Shown: positions 14,214 to 26,583 of the stretch, in pieces
Numbering within the stretch: position 1 is the first letter of the stretch
Layout: each line of letters starts with the position of its first letter
Assembly (NCBI GenBank): GCA_050575255.1
Contig: JBNZDD010013618.1
Span: forward strand, 2,107,662 to 2,171,661
DNA from: Harriotta raleighana
Lineage: Eukaryota
Direction: 5' to 3'
Length of the DNA stretch: 64,000 nt
Translations under genes and position numbers: made by a program
The notes under the pieces: generated by a model
What the model was told of the DNA's origin: nothing
The model's database searches: none
Seen by the model: the letters and a program-made list of their open reading frames with translations, nothing else

Positions 14214-14374
14214 TGTTTTGCAAGTTTGTATGTGACAGGCTTCTCCTTGTTGCTCCTTCAACACTGTTTGGGTCAAGATACTGGAATTGCCTANTGTTTT
14301 GCAAGTTTGTATGTGACAGGCTTCTCCTTGTTGCTCCTTCAACACTGTTTGGGTCAAGATGCTGGAATTGCCTA
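14214..14374. other. 80-bp duplication around a single N; probable assembly overlap artefact
   Basis: 14214-14293 equals 14295-14374 except one A/G; N at 14294. Confidence 0.85.
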
Positions 14375-17300
14375 CCCAACACTATCATCAAGGGCTGTGG
14401 TGGTTTAAAGAGAAAGCCCCACCTCACCTTCTCAGTGCAATACATGTCGGAACAGCCAACCCAAGCTGAGTTAAACAAACAGCTGGTTTATGGAGAGGAA
14501 CAGATTCTGATGGGATGTCCCTCAGTCAAATTGTCTGACAATACGCTTCATAAAGGCTACTTTGGAGAGGTACTGGATGGTGTCCGTTGTCTGTAAAAGA
14601 GTCAGCAAGAGTCTAAGCACTTTGCACAGGGTAAAACTTTAAGATAAATCTTCTGTGTCTACCACTTCGGCAATGAACTTGTGTACTACACTCAGGATGT
14701 TTTGAGAAATGCGTTACAGAGAGAATAATCTGGTTTATGAAAGATAAATGAATACTTACTGGGGGAAAATGATTTTAGCCTTGCCCTTGAAGAAAGATCC
14801 ACTTTTCTGCATATGAGTCAGAAGATTAGGCTGTCAAAGAAAGTCTCTTAAAGCATTTAATAATAACTTTACAATATTCGCTTCAAGGCATTTTTTGAAT
14901 CCTGTAGATTTTGTTTAACAAAAGCAGATAGCTTTCATTCAAATTAGCACTGGTCATAAATCAAGAGAATTTTGTTGTAACATGCAAGCGAAAGTCTGAT
15001 TTGTTTTCATACATTGAAACATTGAATCAAACAATGTTGGCATTCGTGTACCTTTGACTGAAGAAGACATGTCTGCATTAGAATAGCAGTGTTTCATTCA
15101 AATGCTTTGATGTAAAAAGCAAAGCTACTTTTTTGTTTCTGAATTTTAAATTAAATTTGAGAATAGTTATTTTTATATCTAATTTGGATGGTGCTGTTTT
15201 AATGAGTATTCCGAAATAATCGAAGATCATGATAGTACAAATGGATGGTAGGGGGGTGGAATCTGAAGCATTGTTACAGAGATTACTGGCTGTGGTAGCT
15301 AGAAGCTCTGTGCATTGATTTCCTGGGCTAGTGTCGTTCTTCAGATGTTGACTAGATAGTGAGCAGAAACATGAAAAGTAATCAATGACAGACAAAAAGT
15401 TCATCTGGGAGTGTAAGTCAATAAAATTCACAGAAGGAAAAAATATTATTGGCACAATTAATTAACAGCCATGTTTGAAATGAGCTAAAGAAGTGTTATT
15501 TATTTAATCTTTGAAGTGCTGGTTTAATTTGAGTCCTATAATACACCACAAGTATTTATATATTCTATCTAAAGCAGCATGGAGGTGAAAAAAAAATGTT
15601 TTTTTATTGCAAGTCAATTATACTGCATACAAACCTAAGTGAATGACTTTCATTTGCTTCCATTACCCCTCCAAAGCGTCCACTGACGGACAAATCTTGT
15701 TGGATTAAGGAATAGATGATTACATTCTTTGAAAAGAAGCGATATAAATACCTGGTTGGGAATGGGCTTTGCAGTTACCTCATCTATCACATCTATAGTC
15801 ACCTTCCCTTCCTCCTCTCCCTCACTCGGAGTACAATCCTGCCATTGTCCAATGCTCCAAGATTCTGTGCTGCATCAAGGGTGCAAATTGTTGCTGTTGA
15901 GTAGCCTAAAAGGATCAAAAATCTTCCTGTGCTGCTGGAACAGGGATAGTGTATGTCGGTGGACTGGTTTGAGTTGAACAGGGATGCGAGGATGGATGAA
16001 TATTTTGATGACCTCATGGAACATTAGTGCAGAATGTGCACTCTGCTATTTAAATGCTTCAGACATGACGGGGGAGATTGAAGTTGATGGAGTGGGCTAG
16101 ATGGGCCAAATAACCTTTTGCCATTCTTTTTCTCCTTGTATCCTTTGCTGAAGCTCAGTTCTACCCAGAAATGACCTCCTAATTCACAAAAAATAGTTTA
16201 CGTGTATAAAACGCATTTCAAGCAAGGAAGCATCTCGAAGCGCTTGACGCCGAGCTGCCGATGGATTTAGTATTGATTTTCATGCAGTTACTGGTGAACG
16301 AATCTGTGCTGATAAATAGTTTTAGCACTGAAAATATTTAGTATTATTTTTATATTTCTCCCAAAAATATAGTGAGTTCACTTTACAGTATGTTCTGTGA
16401 ATCGCTTTGAGACGTCGATAAGATGTGAAAAGTGCTATGTCAAATGCAAGGATTATTATTATATAATGCTGGCTTGTTACTGTAAGCGCTATGTTTTTAT
16501 TAACTTTCCTCTAAGAATTAGATCAACTGACAGTCAGATTACATTGCATGCACTAATATTTGTAAACACTTGCTCTGTTTTTCACTTATGCACTGTCACT
16601 CTCTTGGTGACAAGCACATGCATGCATGGTCACACACGCATCCACTCCTCCAATCTTCATCTCTCCATCATTTCATTTCAACACACAAAAATAAATGAAC
16701 ACATTTAGACTGTCCACTGACATGTTTACTAGCAACTCTTCATGAGTGACTGTGTCTTGAGTGAACATTTGATATGCTCACTCATGTAACAGAAATTATA
16801 CAGACCTTTTCATTTATTTAAAAATGATTCATATTCTGTAGTTTACAAATTGGTTTGTCATTTTATTTTGCGAACAGAATAAGCATTTACATGTTGACCA
16901 AGGATTTCTGGTTCTCTGTGATGCTACACTGCATGTGTGAGAGTGCAATATGAATAAATATAAGTTGTTGTTGTTTTTCTGGTGAAAGTGCAAGAAGATT
17001 TTCTCAGGTAATTCAAGACATGAATTTTGTTGCAGCTGTAGGAAATTGAAATCCTGTTCCACTGTTTTGTTATACTGTATAATGTAAACATTTGTGTCCC
17101 TGACTTTTTTCATATCCTTTTATACCATTACTGCCCATGTATCTAACTATCTCCCTTTTAAATAACCCATGCCTTATAAAGCAATCCAACCATCTTTCAT
17201 TTTACATCTGTGCTACCTTACCTTTGATCTTGATCAACTGCACCGGCCATTTTCCTCTCGTCAATGAACACACAGCTGCTTTATGTCCTCTGACCAATCC

Positions 17301-20034
17301 ACCTCAACATCAGTGCGTGAGTGTCCACTCTCTGGAACTCCACCTTATCTCCTCCCATCCTATGTTCAGACTTATCTTGTTGAACACTCTTTTGGCCACT
17401 TTCTTTCTTTCCCCCTACCCTACTCAGCCCCCCCTTTCCCAATTAGCAATGTGACTGGGTGAAGTGCCTTGAGATGTCCTCCTGATGTGAAAGACATTAT
17501 ATAACTAATAATAATCCTTGCATTTTATGTAGTGGCATGTCGTTGAAGCACCTCAAAGTACTTCACAGGATAAACTGTAAAGTAGTGACTGTGTATTTCT
17601 TGAGTAAAATGTAATGTAAGTTATGTGTCAGAATTAGTAATCATATGGGCATGAATAAAACCTTCCAGTTCCAATTAATCCATTCCAGTCTGAGGACATA
17701 GTTTGATAAGAATATAAGAAAGCACATTTGCCGTCCTATTATGGACAACACTATGATTTCCCGAGAGAATGTTCTGCTTGAACAATTTCTAAATCTGAAA
17801 ACTTGTTCAATCAAAAAATCCCCAGAATATTTTTATACTTTCTTATTGAATTGTACGAAATTGAGGAATGGTAAGACTGAATTGTTTAGATGCAGCGGTA
17901 AAGCTCCTAGACATTTCTACAACCGGTCCCACAGCCCAACGCATGGCTGATATTCCAGGACATTGCTGGGAGAGATTGAAGGAGCTCGCTTTAAACATTA
18001 AACCAAAATGCCTATTCATGTGGACACTAAAGATCCCATTGTACTATTAGAAAAGAAAAGGGAATTTATCCCAGTGTCCTTGTCAACAATCAATTAACTG
18101 TGTGACACCATCACGTTTCGGAGTTGCTTGTGCCATATTTTCATCAATTTCTGTGTAAAATCCTTAAGTCTCAATTGTTGGTTCGACTCTTTTATGCGTC
18201 TATGTCCCCTAGTTCTTGTTTGACCATGTTAAGCATCATTGTTGTTCATTCTATACCATGAAATATCATGAATACCTGACTCAGTGCGATCTTTGAGTTG
18301 TCAATCTATAAAAAGAATCCAAGAGAACAAAGTTAATCATTTTATTTCCCATTTGAGGCTTTCGTTACTGATTCATTCACTTTTTCCCATGGTCTGTGGA
18401 CTTCAGTTGTTTCAGTCTTGAAATGGTAAAAAAGTGGTCCAAATTAGGGAACATTTCTCTGCAAAATACATAGTCCCTTTCCAATAAAATCCTGTGAAGT
18501 GTTTCGAGATATCCTCCCTATGTGAAAGGCACTTTATTAAATGCAAGCATTATTTTATATTAGAACCTAAAGATCATCAAAAAACTTTTAATATTTACCT
18601 TTTATGATAGATAACTGTCACAAGGGTTGGGTGTCGAATGCATTTGCACTCTATAGAAGATTCATGCTTGGTTTGTCCCAAAGAATGGCAAGTGATCTTT
18701 GGCATGCAGTTCAACAACCCCTTGAGGATACTGAATAGGATGAGCTGCATGTTCCTTTCACCAGCCACACACTCATTTTACATTGATAGTAATCGCAAGA
18801 TTATGACTCATTCCAATTAACACGTCAAAATCACCTGTTTCTTCCCTGGTTGGTTTATGATCTTTTTGTTTTAATTTCAGAAATCAATAAATCCTATGTT
18901 ATGATTGTGTTTTCCTAAATGTGTTTTGTTTTGTGTAAAGCTGAGGGTAAATTGTCAGACCCAAACCAGCAACTTAATCATTAACCACTTTGATTTCCTG
19001 TGCTGGTTACTCCTTTTACTGTAAGGTTATAAGTAATAGATCAAGAACAGTGCATATCTATAGTATATAAGCCGTCCGATTTTCACTAAGCAAAATCAGC
19101 AGGCAGGTCAGTGGGTTGCAGGAGGTCGCAGGAAGGTCAGATGTTAAACCTGAGCATGTCGGCTTGCAAAGTCAATGTATTTGATGGACTTCACATAGAC
19201 TTCACAGAGTGTAACTTGAGGAGCAATGAGTTACTTTCATGTATTTTTTTCCAGTGAATTTCTGAAGCATAGCAAATCCTCTCACTGATGTCTGGGGATG
19301 TTGTTGCATCTAATGACCTGTGGATTAGGCAGTGGTGTTGCTACTTGTGGAGTCACTGTAAATCGGTTTGAAAGCATTGGTAATAACCAATCTCAGAACT
19401 GTAATTTCGAAAAGAAAACCCAAACAAGAGAAAACGTCATAAAATAAAGGTTGCATGCAGGAATGCACAGGACTGGAAAAGGTCACCAAAGTACAATTGT
19501 GTGGTCCAAGAGTCGGTCCCTCTTCTGATAATTACTTGTGGTGTTTTACGATGTGAGCTCCACATGTCACAGTCACTGATGTTACCAGTGGCATACGTTA
19601 AATACAGGTTAACACGGCAGGTAGGAGAATACTGTTAGGCACCAATGCATCTCATTTTGCAAGTGAGGTTGTGAGCCGTGAATAAGTTTTGTGTAAATGT
19701 GTGCAAATTAAGTCATTCATTACTGGGGAGTTTTTTGTAAAATTAACTTGTGAAGTTGGTTTGCCCGATCCAGTTTTATGAAACTCCCCAAGACAGTTTG
19801 CTTCCTGTGAATTACTTTGCTGATTCCTGTTAGTGAAACCATTTCACAATTGCAATACTGTAGCTGCATTTCAGACAGACAGTAATTTCCCACGGTCATA
19901 TCATGTGATTGAACCTGAAATAATATTGCACCACAATACTCATAATTGGAGCTAGATTGAGTTTTACTGCACCGGATATCAAAAGTGCTTTTTTTTTAAA
20001 GTATAAAACTTTCCCTGCGTGACTTTCACACCAC

Positions 20035-20160
20035 ACACCTCCTTTCCTGAAAATGATGACTCATTAACAGGGTACAGCCCCACAAATGCTGGACGCTCAA
20101 CAGTACTTCCCTTAAGTAGTCATTCTTCATGTGTAAATTTGGATAGTGAGAGTTGAGAAA
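20035..20160 (-). mobile_element. 3' part of an old SINE resembling AmnSINE2
   Basis: cattcttcatgtgtaaatttggatagtgagagttg is reverse-complementary to the cactcatcgccaagattcgcacatgaacaatg segment of the 21165 copy. Family name from recall. Confidence 0.5.
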
Positions 20161-20829
20161 CTACTATTGGCAATCCATCTTTCCCACTCTCTGGAATTCC
20201 ATCCAGGAGACTCATCAGTTCACCCCTGCTTCACCTCCTTCAAGTTTACCTCAAGACTTTCCTCTTTGACTTTGCTTTTTGCTATCTTTGCCCACCTTCA
20301 TCCACTTCCCCTTCCACCCCACCAACTCTAGGTTGGTGCAACTCTGGATTATCCAGCACCTTGGAACACCCACCTGACATGAAAGGTGCTATATAAATGA
20401 AAATTTGTATTGGAGTGTATCTTACATTTTATGAAAATAGCCTTAATGGTTAAGGTGTGTTGGAACTTTCAAGTAATATAATTATTAAATATTTTTAAAT
20501 GTAATTAATGTAATGCCTTATTTACGTAATTGATATGTCTGAAAGACCTTCACAGGGTTTTACTGTGCAGTGTAGTGACTCTGTATTTGTAGGTGAAATC
20601 TGAGTCTCAATAGAGACTGTGACTGAATTTCCTCGGCTGTGTGGCTTTACCAGCTGAGCAAATGCGTGTGCCTGAAGCTCAACTGGTAAAGGTGTATTTT
20701 TTTTAAAAAACTCATCAGGATGAGTGGTGACAATACAAGGACCACATTATTTCAGCAGTGAACTTAAATTTACTAGGAGCTTCATTGAATTCACCCAAGC
20801 ATAGGATTCTGCAAGCAGAGATGAGTATC

Positions 20830-21110
20830 AGGCTGCATCTGTTGGTGGCATTCTCACCTCCGAGTCAGAAGGCTGTGGGGTCAAGCTCCAGGTCAGGCTT
20901 TGGAAATCACAAAGTATAATATGAAACTCCAGTGGAGTGCTGGGGGTGTACTGCAGTATTGCAGGTGCCATCCTTCAGATGCAACGTTAAACCAAAGCCT
21001 CAGCTGTCTGTTCATGTGGACATTAAAGATCCCATAGTACTTTTCAAAGAGTAACTACATTTTACATTATATCATGTGAAGTACTTTGAGAAATCCTCCC
21101 CAAATGAAAA
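20830..21110 (+). mobile_element. DeuSINE-like SINE, internally deleted
   Basis: ttctcacctccgagtcagaaggctgtggggtcaag head; ggtgccatccttcagatgcaacgttaaacc...gtggacattaaagatcccatag core. Confidence 0.75.
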
Positions 21111-21164
21111 ACAGTATGAGACTTTTGTTACAAATACTTCATTTAGCCTCTAAATGCAAAGCGG

Positions 21165-21450
21165 AAAATCAGCCAAGATTCCACCTATGATTTCTATCCA
21201 AGAGCCCCCTCCTAGAAAGTGTGTGTTGTGTCCGTGTGTGGATACCGGGTGAAGACTGGATTGAGGTTTGCTGTGTTGCAGCATGGTTTGAATCGCCAGC
21301 CAGCACTCATCGCCAAGATTCGCACATGAACAATGTTCACATAGGACATCTGTGGAAATGTACTCCCACTAATGGATTGGAAAAGGGTGTTAATCACTTT
21401 GCAGAGAGTACAAGAATGCAATAATGATGGAGAACAAAAATGACAAAATA
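21165..21450 (+). mobile_element. AmnSINE2-like ancient SINE body
   Basis: aaaatcagccaagattcc...tatcca...gtgtgtgga...ggtgaagactggatt...cacatgaa; related segments at about 4190-4260 and 46875-47005. Family name from recall. Confidence 0.55.
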
Positions 21451-21658
21451 ATATCGATTCGCACAAAAAGAGAAGGAGCTGGAGAAAATCCCTGTTAGTT
21501 AACAGTGAGGCCACATAGCTGTAGACTATTTAATCTAATTGAAGGATTTGGGAAACGTCATGATCTACAATACTCAGTTGCAATAATTTATAAATGGCAT
21601 CAGAGCCATTGAGATTATAACTCAGATTTAACCTGGATTTGATAAAAGTATGTAAATA

Positions 21659-22607
21659 CAGTAAAAGCCTGTTTTATCCGTGATTTGATCAACCGGAATT
21701 TCTGTATAACCGGCACCTCGAAAAAAGGTCCCCGTTCGAATAACCGTATCTTATTCAGCACAATCACTGTGGCACATTTAATGAGTCGATTATTGCACAA
21801 GAGTCCTGTACGATTACAGGACTGAATGCTGTCGGTAGTGGCATTTCCGTTTTTTCCTCTTAAAGCAGTGTTGTCGGTTTTTCCTCTCCCTCTCTCCTTT
21901 TTCTCTTTTTCCTTCTTTTTCTTTCTCTCCCTCTCCTTCCTCCCTATCTCTCCCTCTCTCTTTCTACCCCTTCCCCTTTCTTTCTTTCCCTCTCTCTCTG
22001 ATGGAAACTACGTATTGCCTGTGTAACCTGATTGTATCGTGGGTTTATACACTGTTTTGGTGGGGGGATGGGGTGGGAGAAGGAGAGAGAGAGCCAGGGA
22101 GAGAGAGGGTGCAGGGGAAAGAGAGGGAAAGAGGGAGTGGGGGAGAAAGAGAGAGGAGTGGGAGGGGGAGAGAGAGGAGGGGAGAGAGAGGGGATGAGTT
22201 GATTGATTTAGATGGTAAATGAGAGGAATGGAGGGGGGTTGGTTTTGGAGCCATTGAGATGCCAGACTGACTGAGTGTGTGTGTGAACGAGAGAGAGACG
22301 GAAGGAGGGAGAGAAAGAAAGAGAAAAATGAGGAAAAAAAGGATAGTACCTCTTTAAACCACTACAGTCCGCCATTGTAGAAGTTTGCTTTGTGATTGTG
22401 TGCTGTGTTTATAGACTGTAATCAATATTTATTGCTTTATTGATAAGTATCCATACAATATTCTGTTATTATTTAGTCTATTATTAAAATGGTATGTTGA
22501 AAAAAAAGTTAAGTTTTTCTGTGTTGGATTTTCTTCCAAATACCCAGCATGTTGTTTAACCAGCATTGGCCAGGTCCCGAGGGTATTGGATAAATGGGCT
22601 TTTACTG
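21659..22607. mobile_element. Tigger/pogo-like (Tc1-mariner) MITE, family A, 949 bp, with internal CT-rich and GA-rich tracts
   Basis: TA|cagtaaaagcctgttttatccg ... ggataaatgggcttttactg|TA: terminal inverted repeats (TIRs) with TA target duplication; no transposase. Confidence 0.88.
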
Positions 22608-25600
22608 TATAAACAGTTGCCACTTTGTGGGATGTTTTACAATCCAATTTTTTTTTATTGCTTAAAACACATTTATTACCATTCCAGAAGGTACATGAGG
22701 GGGAAAATGAACTAGAGCACAACTAGAGCCCTCGAGTTGTATGTAGTGGGGTAAAACACTTGCAGTGAGAGTTATCAACATGTCTCCAAAACAAGCACTA
22801 TTAGTAAGGCAGTAAATTTATTGTTTTGATTGTCGATTTGTCTCTGTTTTATTTCATCCAAGGGCAAAAATTGTCATTGCAGAAAAATAATTCAGAACAA
22901 CAGTAGATATTACCGAATAAAAATCTGAAAGAAATCAAAAATTATTTTTCTTCCAGCCCTAAGTATATCACGGTATCATAGCCATTCCCAGTATACCTGA
23001 TTGTTTTTACATGCGTTGTAATGAACGTGAGTAGTGGTGCACACAGCTGTGCATGGTGTCATCTCTCCTAGTGATGTTCTTGCTGAAGGACAACGTTGTC
23101 TTTGAGATTTGTCAAGGAAAGTTCCTGCAGTTGGGCTGCCAGGAAATTCTGTGCTTCAGATGTGCTACCATTGTTGTAATATATTGAGTTGCTGGAAGGT
23201 ACCCTGACGAAAAAAATATGTTCCCTTCATGAAACGGGGCTATGTTTCCAGGAAAGCATGACTGGATGAATGGTACAGAAATCTGCAATATGTTGACTCT
23301 GCATGACCACAAAGTAATCGTGTTAGTTTATGAACTCTGACATGTTATTCTCTGGCCTTGCTTCTCATACCTAGAGGTATGCAGTACTTCTTGAATCACT
23401 CAGAATTAACGATCCTTTTTCAAGGTACCAGTCTTTGAAGTTTGCTATTTGCCTGATTGAATATGTTTTGGAAAACACATTCTTATTTTTTATCATTTCT
23501 TTTTGGATGACAGGAAGGGAGTGAGGGGTGTCATTTAATTTCGGGGATTGTTTATTTGTCTCCTCCCCGTTTTCTCCAGCCTCAATATCTCCTTTCACCA
23601 ACCCCCTTAGCCAATAAGAAGAAATGTGTTCTACCGCTGTACCAGTATCACTGGATGTATTGTCAAAAAAGATGGTAACTATCCAAGCTTTTGATGGACC
23701 AATTCTTTTGACTTTGCACCTGAAATTGGAAAATGACTGTGTAGATCATTGTATGTATGAACTCAGTTCCCAGTATCCCATTGAAGGTGTTTGAGGACTC
23801 GATCCTCTCTCTACGTGTAACGTGTTTCTGAGCTCCGGTTGTGTCTTTATTCAAGTTTGGGGATGTGACTTGAGATGACAGCTCCATGTCCTATCTGCCT
23901 GATTACTGTAAAAGTAACTAACAATTCAAGCCATTGGGGTGTGGAGTTACAGTGGGGCAGCCCTGATTGTTCAAACATGATTCTATTTGCACTTCCCTTT
24001 TCACTTCACTTTTCAAAGTCCATTTACGGTAGCATTCGACTGGGGAAACTATCGAGCCTAGGCAATTTGATCTCACATCTGTTCTTTCAGAAATGCTGAT
24101 GCTGAAATCTGTGACTTTATGGCTTTATTGAAGTTGTTTGGGCATCTTAAGTGGTGGAGAGAGAGAGTAAAACCCAGAAGAAAACTTTCACCTACATCAA
24201 GGTAGCAGGACAAGAGGTTCTCAGGCTCACGGTTGTGAGCAGCAATTTAACCAGGCACTAAGACATATTTGTTTACACAGAGAGGAATTAATAGCCATAT
24301 TGCATTTCCAGGAAAAGTGATAGAAAATATTCAGCTTAATATATTGTACTAGGAAGAAAATAATGTTCTGTTAAGAACCCGCAACATAGACTTTCTCCTG
24401 TACGTCATGTAGCATATTTACTAAGTTTGAAAGAAAACCAATAAAATTTCATATAATGGTTTTTACGTTGGGAGGACGTTTCAAGCACTGGATAGTCTAG
24501 GGTTTGCATTAAGCTGATGGTTCGATTCAGGAGGTGGGAAGATGACCAATGGTGTGAGAAAAAAAGAGGAACGTTTTGAGATGGACCTTGAAGGAGGCAA
24601 AGGAAGAGGCAAGGTGAAAGGAATTTGGATTGGATTCCAGAGAGTGGGGCAGATGGCTGAAAGCCCAGAAAATCAGAAACATAAGGAGTTAAAAGGAAAA
24701 GTAGAGATCAGAATTGTAAAATTGGAGGTGGGGTGGAACTGTAGATAGCTCAGAGATGGGGCAAGCTTGACCACATCATATGTTGGGAAATGGAAATATA
24801 CACAGATTATAAATAAAATGTGACAGATTACAGTTTATTCATACAACTGCTGGCATTTTCAATGTGCCTTTTTTTTGGAAAACAATATACAGTACTGGGC
24901 AAATATTGCTCAAAACCCATTATGGCAATATTTATTTTCGTCAGATAAATCATGAGAAAGATTTATTTCGTGAGAAATATGGATTAAAAGGCTTAAAATG
25001 TGCCAGAAAACAAGATGCCCCTCTTTTTATGGAAAAAAACCTTAAACTTTCAGCTGGTGGTTACAACAACTGCAACAGGTGTCCTGCTGACTTGTTTCTC
25101 TCACACTGGTGGGTTTTGTACTATTTATGCGGCATCTTCAGGTCACATCTGGACTTTACAATAAACAGTCAAATGTTTCAAGTATTCACTCAGAGCAGCG
25201 GTAGATAAGCGACATAAAAGGAAGTCACTCGCCTGGTCACAGTTACTGGTAAAGGCAAGAGCTTGTGGAAATTTGCTTAAATTTACTGCGTTCAGAAATT
25301 CCTGCTGAGACGGTCCAGCATGGAAGTCTATCTCCCAGTGGCACAGGGTAAGAATGCACAATTTTGGCGATTAAATTGGGGTTGGGTGTGCGGGACTGCT
25401 CAGGGTGGGGTGGGGGGTGGCAGTGTGGGGGGCGCGAATGAAACTGCGAGTGATGAAATCTAGCTTTCATCTTTGATCTGCTCATGTTCCCTCTTTCAAT
25501 TTACAAACTACCCGATCCTGCACCCTGCAACCAACAACAACAACTTGCATTTTTATAGGGCCCTTCACACCGGATAATGTCCCGGGTAGTGACCCGGAGC

Positions 25601-26302
25601 GCTTCAAGTATTGTGAGTGAATCACATTATATGACTTACAATCTGCCGATCCCTGTGCTTCAGTTGCCTTCCAGAATGGAATGTACATGTGGAGAGATGA
25701 AAGGTTGAATGAGAAGGAAAGCTATCACCACAAGATGAATGTTTGATTTTGAGTCTAGAACGTTGAATGGGTGAATGCACTTAACAAAGTGTCTGTGAAG
25801 TATGGCGACTGTATCCTTGTCGGAGAACACAATGGCCAATTTGCTCACAGTAATTTTGCACAATAATTTGCATTTATATAGTGCTCTTAACGCAGGGTAA
25901 TGTCTCACAGCACTTAACAGAGGCAGAACCTGATGCCCAGCCAGGGGAAGGGGGAATGTGACCATGGTCGAAGAGAAAAGTCTTCAAGCATGATCTCAAA
26001 AGGGAGAAGGGAGAGAGTTCCAAAGTTTCAGGGCATCGTGGCATATACAGTCATCAAATAAATAAGGATATTAATAATCTTTGACAAGTCTTCGAAACAT
26101 TGAAAGGCGTTTCAAGGGATTAACCATGAAGTGCATTTGTATAGAGATCTATATGTCTTGATGGATTGTTGGGCAGGACACAGGGAGGAACTTCCTTCTC
26201 TTTTCAAACAGCTCCATGGGCTCTTTATCATCTACCTGACCAGACAAACAGGAACCCAATTTTATGGCTCATCTGAAGGACAGCACATCTGATAACGCTG
26301 GT

Positions 26303-26583
26303 AGAGACCTATAGCTCAGTCGTTAGAGCATTCACATTACAAGTAAGAGACCTGGGTTTGATCCCAGTCAGGATGAAACATTGGGCAAGTTTCCTTTCTC
26401 CATACACCTAATCATAATCCCTCAAGAATAAAAACATTAATAAAATTGGTCATTTCAATCCACGACTGTTTGTGGGATACTGGTGTGCGCAATTGGCGGC
26501 TGTGTTTCACCCACAAATATACAGTTAATTCACTTTATAGTGTATTCTGTAAATCGCTTTGAGACATCTAGAAGATGTGAAAA
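26303..26583 (+). mobile_element. tRNA-headed SINE (short form)
   Basis: A box tagctcagtcgttagagc, B box gggtttgatccc, core ctgtttgtgggatactggtgtgcgcaattggc, L2-like tail. Confidence 0.88.

Noticed and set aside
19734-19790. Short imperfect inverted repeat tggggagttt...aaactcccca
   Set aside because: Only about 10 bp of perfect arm and no second copy seen; too weak to call.
21826-22254. Hydrophobic Phe/Leu/Ser and Glu/Arg/Gly ORFs
   Set aside because: Translations of CT and GA low-complexity tracts.
26310-26375. tRNA genes (also at about 31980, 33210 and 59780)
   Set aside because: A and B boxes are present but they run into SINE bodies and tails; these are tRNA-derived SINE heads.
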